DNA of 63,394 nucleotides, filler included, from Octopus bimaculoides (taxonomy: Eukaryota): the NCBI RefSeq assembly GCF_001194135.2. It is 6 parts of 6 records of this genome, joined end to end, with 100 filler letters (N's around TTAATTAATTAA, not from the genome) between each part and the next. Parts side by side here need not be neighbours in the genome. Positions count along the whole stretch, not along the records: positions 58,367 to 63,394 come from NC_068985.1; 5 more parts are not named here. One strand, written 5' to 3'. The notes below the pieces were generated by a model. The model had not been told where the DNA came from and did not search any database. It saw nothing but the letters and a program-made list of their open reading frames with translations. Below are positions 62,650-63,394 of this stretch, piece after piece. The position numbers and the translations under genes are program-made. Position 1 is the stretch's first letter; each line of letters begins with the position of its first letter.

Positions 62650-63394
62650 NNNNNNNNNNTGCGCGTGTATGTGTGTGTATGAATGCACATAGACATATAT
62701 ATATATATATATATCCGAACAAATGTAGATAATCTCTATAGACTTTAAATATGTGTATATGCATATGTATGTATGCATGTCTCTACATGTGCATGTGCAT
62801 GTGTATGTACAATAATTACGCTGCAGTTTCTAAATTTTATTTTTAACGAAATTATCGATTACATTCTTAAATGAAACAAGATGATGTTTTGTATGATACA
62901 TACAATTATACATACATACATATATACACACATACATAAGTACGTGCGTACATACATACATACATACATATATATATATATACACAAATATATATATATA
63001 TATATATACATATATACATATATATATGTGTATATATATGGTTGAACGTGTGTGTGTATACTCACACAATACATATATATATACATGTATACACACACAC
63101 TCACACACACACACACATACACACATACACACATATATAAGCTTACAGAAACATACGTATATCCAATGCGTTTCCATAAATGAAGATACGAATACACACA
63201 TACATACATACATACATACATACATACATACATACATACATACATACACACAGACAGACATACAGACATACAGACAGACACACATACATACTTACATGCA
63301 TACATGCATACATATATACACACATACATACATACAGACAGACAGACAGACACACACACACACACACACACACATACACTCACACACACATATG
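58930..63394. repeat. Low-complexity (CA/TA/CATA) region containing diverged longer direct repeats
   Basis: Compound microsatellites; repeated blocks at 60173-60218/60524-60569, ~61628-61720/~62810-62900 and ~61846-62010/~62160-62310. Confidence 0.75.

Noticed and set aside
57579-63389. Poly-D, poly-S, poly-I and (YI/HT/CV)n ORFs here and throughout the window, including ORFs spanning N runs
   Set aside because: Translations of simple repeats and gaps, not genes.

Overview
Eukaryotic genomic DNA, AT-rich and packed with microsatellites and SINEs. The repeat families look like those of Octopus (inference from memory). The window has many N gaps and synthetic TTAATTAATTAA scaffold linkers. Two spliced protein-coding genes can be rebuilt by hand, and the ORF track shows only fragments of either. 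Gene 1 is the 3' part (9 exons, 1975-16037, + strand, 373 aa + stop) of an uncharacterised protein with a divergent F5/8 type C (discoidin) domain and a C-terminal module carrying S-x-D-G-x-x-W hairpin motifs. Gene 2 is a complete 4-exon BET1 ER-Golgi SNARE gene (21412-28209, - strand, 113 aa), convergent with gene 1. The rest is transposon-derived: R4/Dong, CRE-like, RTE, Tx1/L1 and Penelope retroelements, maT and mariner transposons, hAT and piggyBac-like MITEs, a Helitron, a HINE, several SINE families, and one decayed tRNA-Asp(GTC). Three observations stand out. (a) A ~3.2 kb Helitron (42259-45414) carries a ~1.8 kb minisatellite whose unit is a composite of STAT GAS, NF-kB-like and ETS motifs. 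(b) Minimal Penelope-type hammerhead ribozyme motifs occur, two of them sense-oriented on either side of a 39-nt micro-exon of gene 1. (c) The tRNA-Asp copy sits inside a HINE, behind a 38-bp inverted repeat and fused to a SINE tail. All coordinates were counted by eye and repeat boundaries are approximate.
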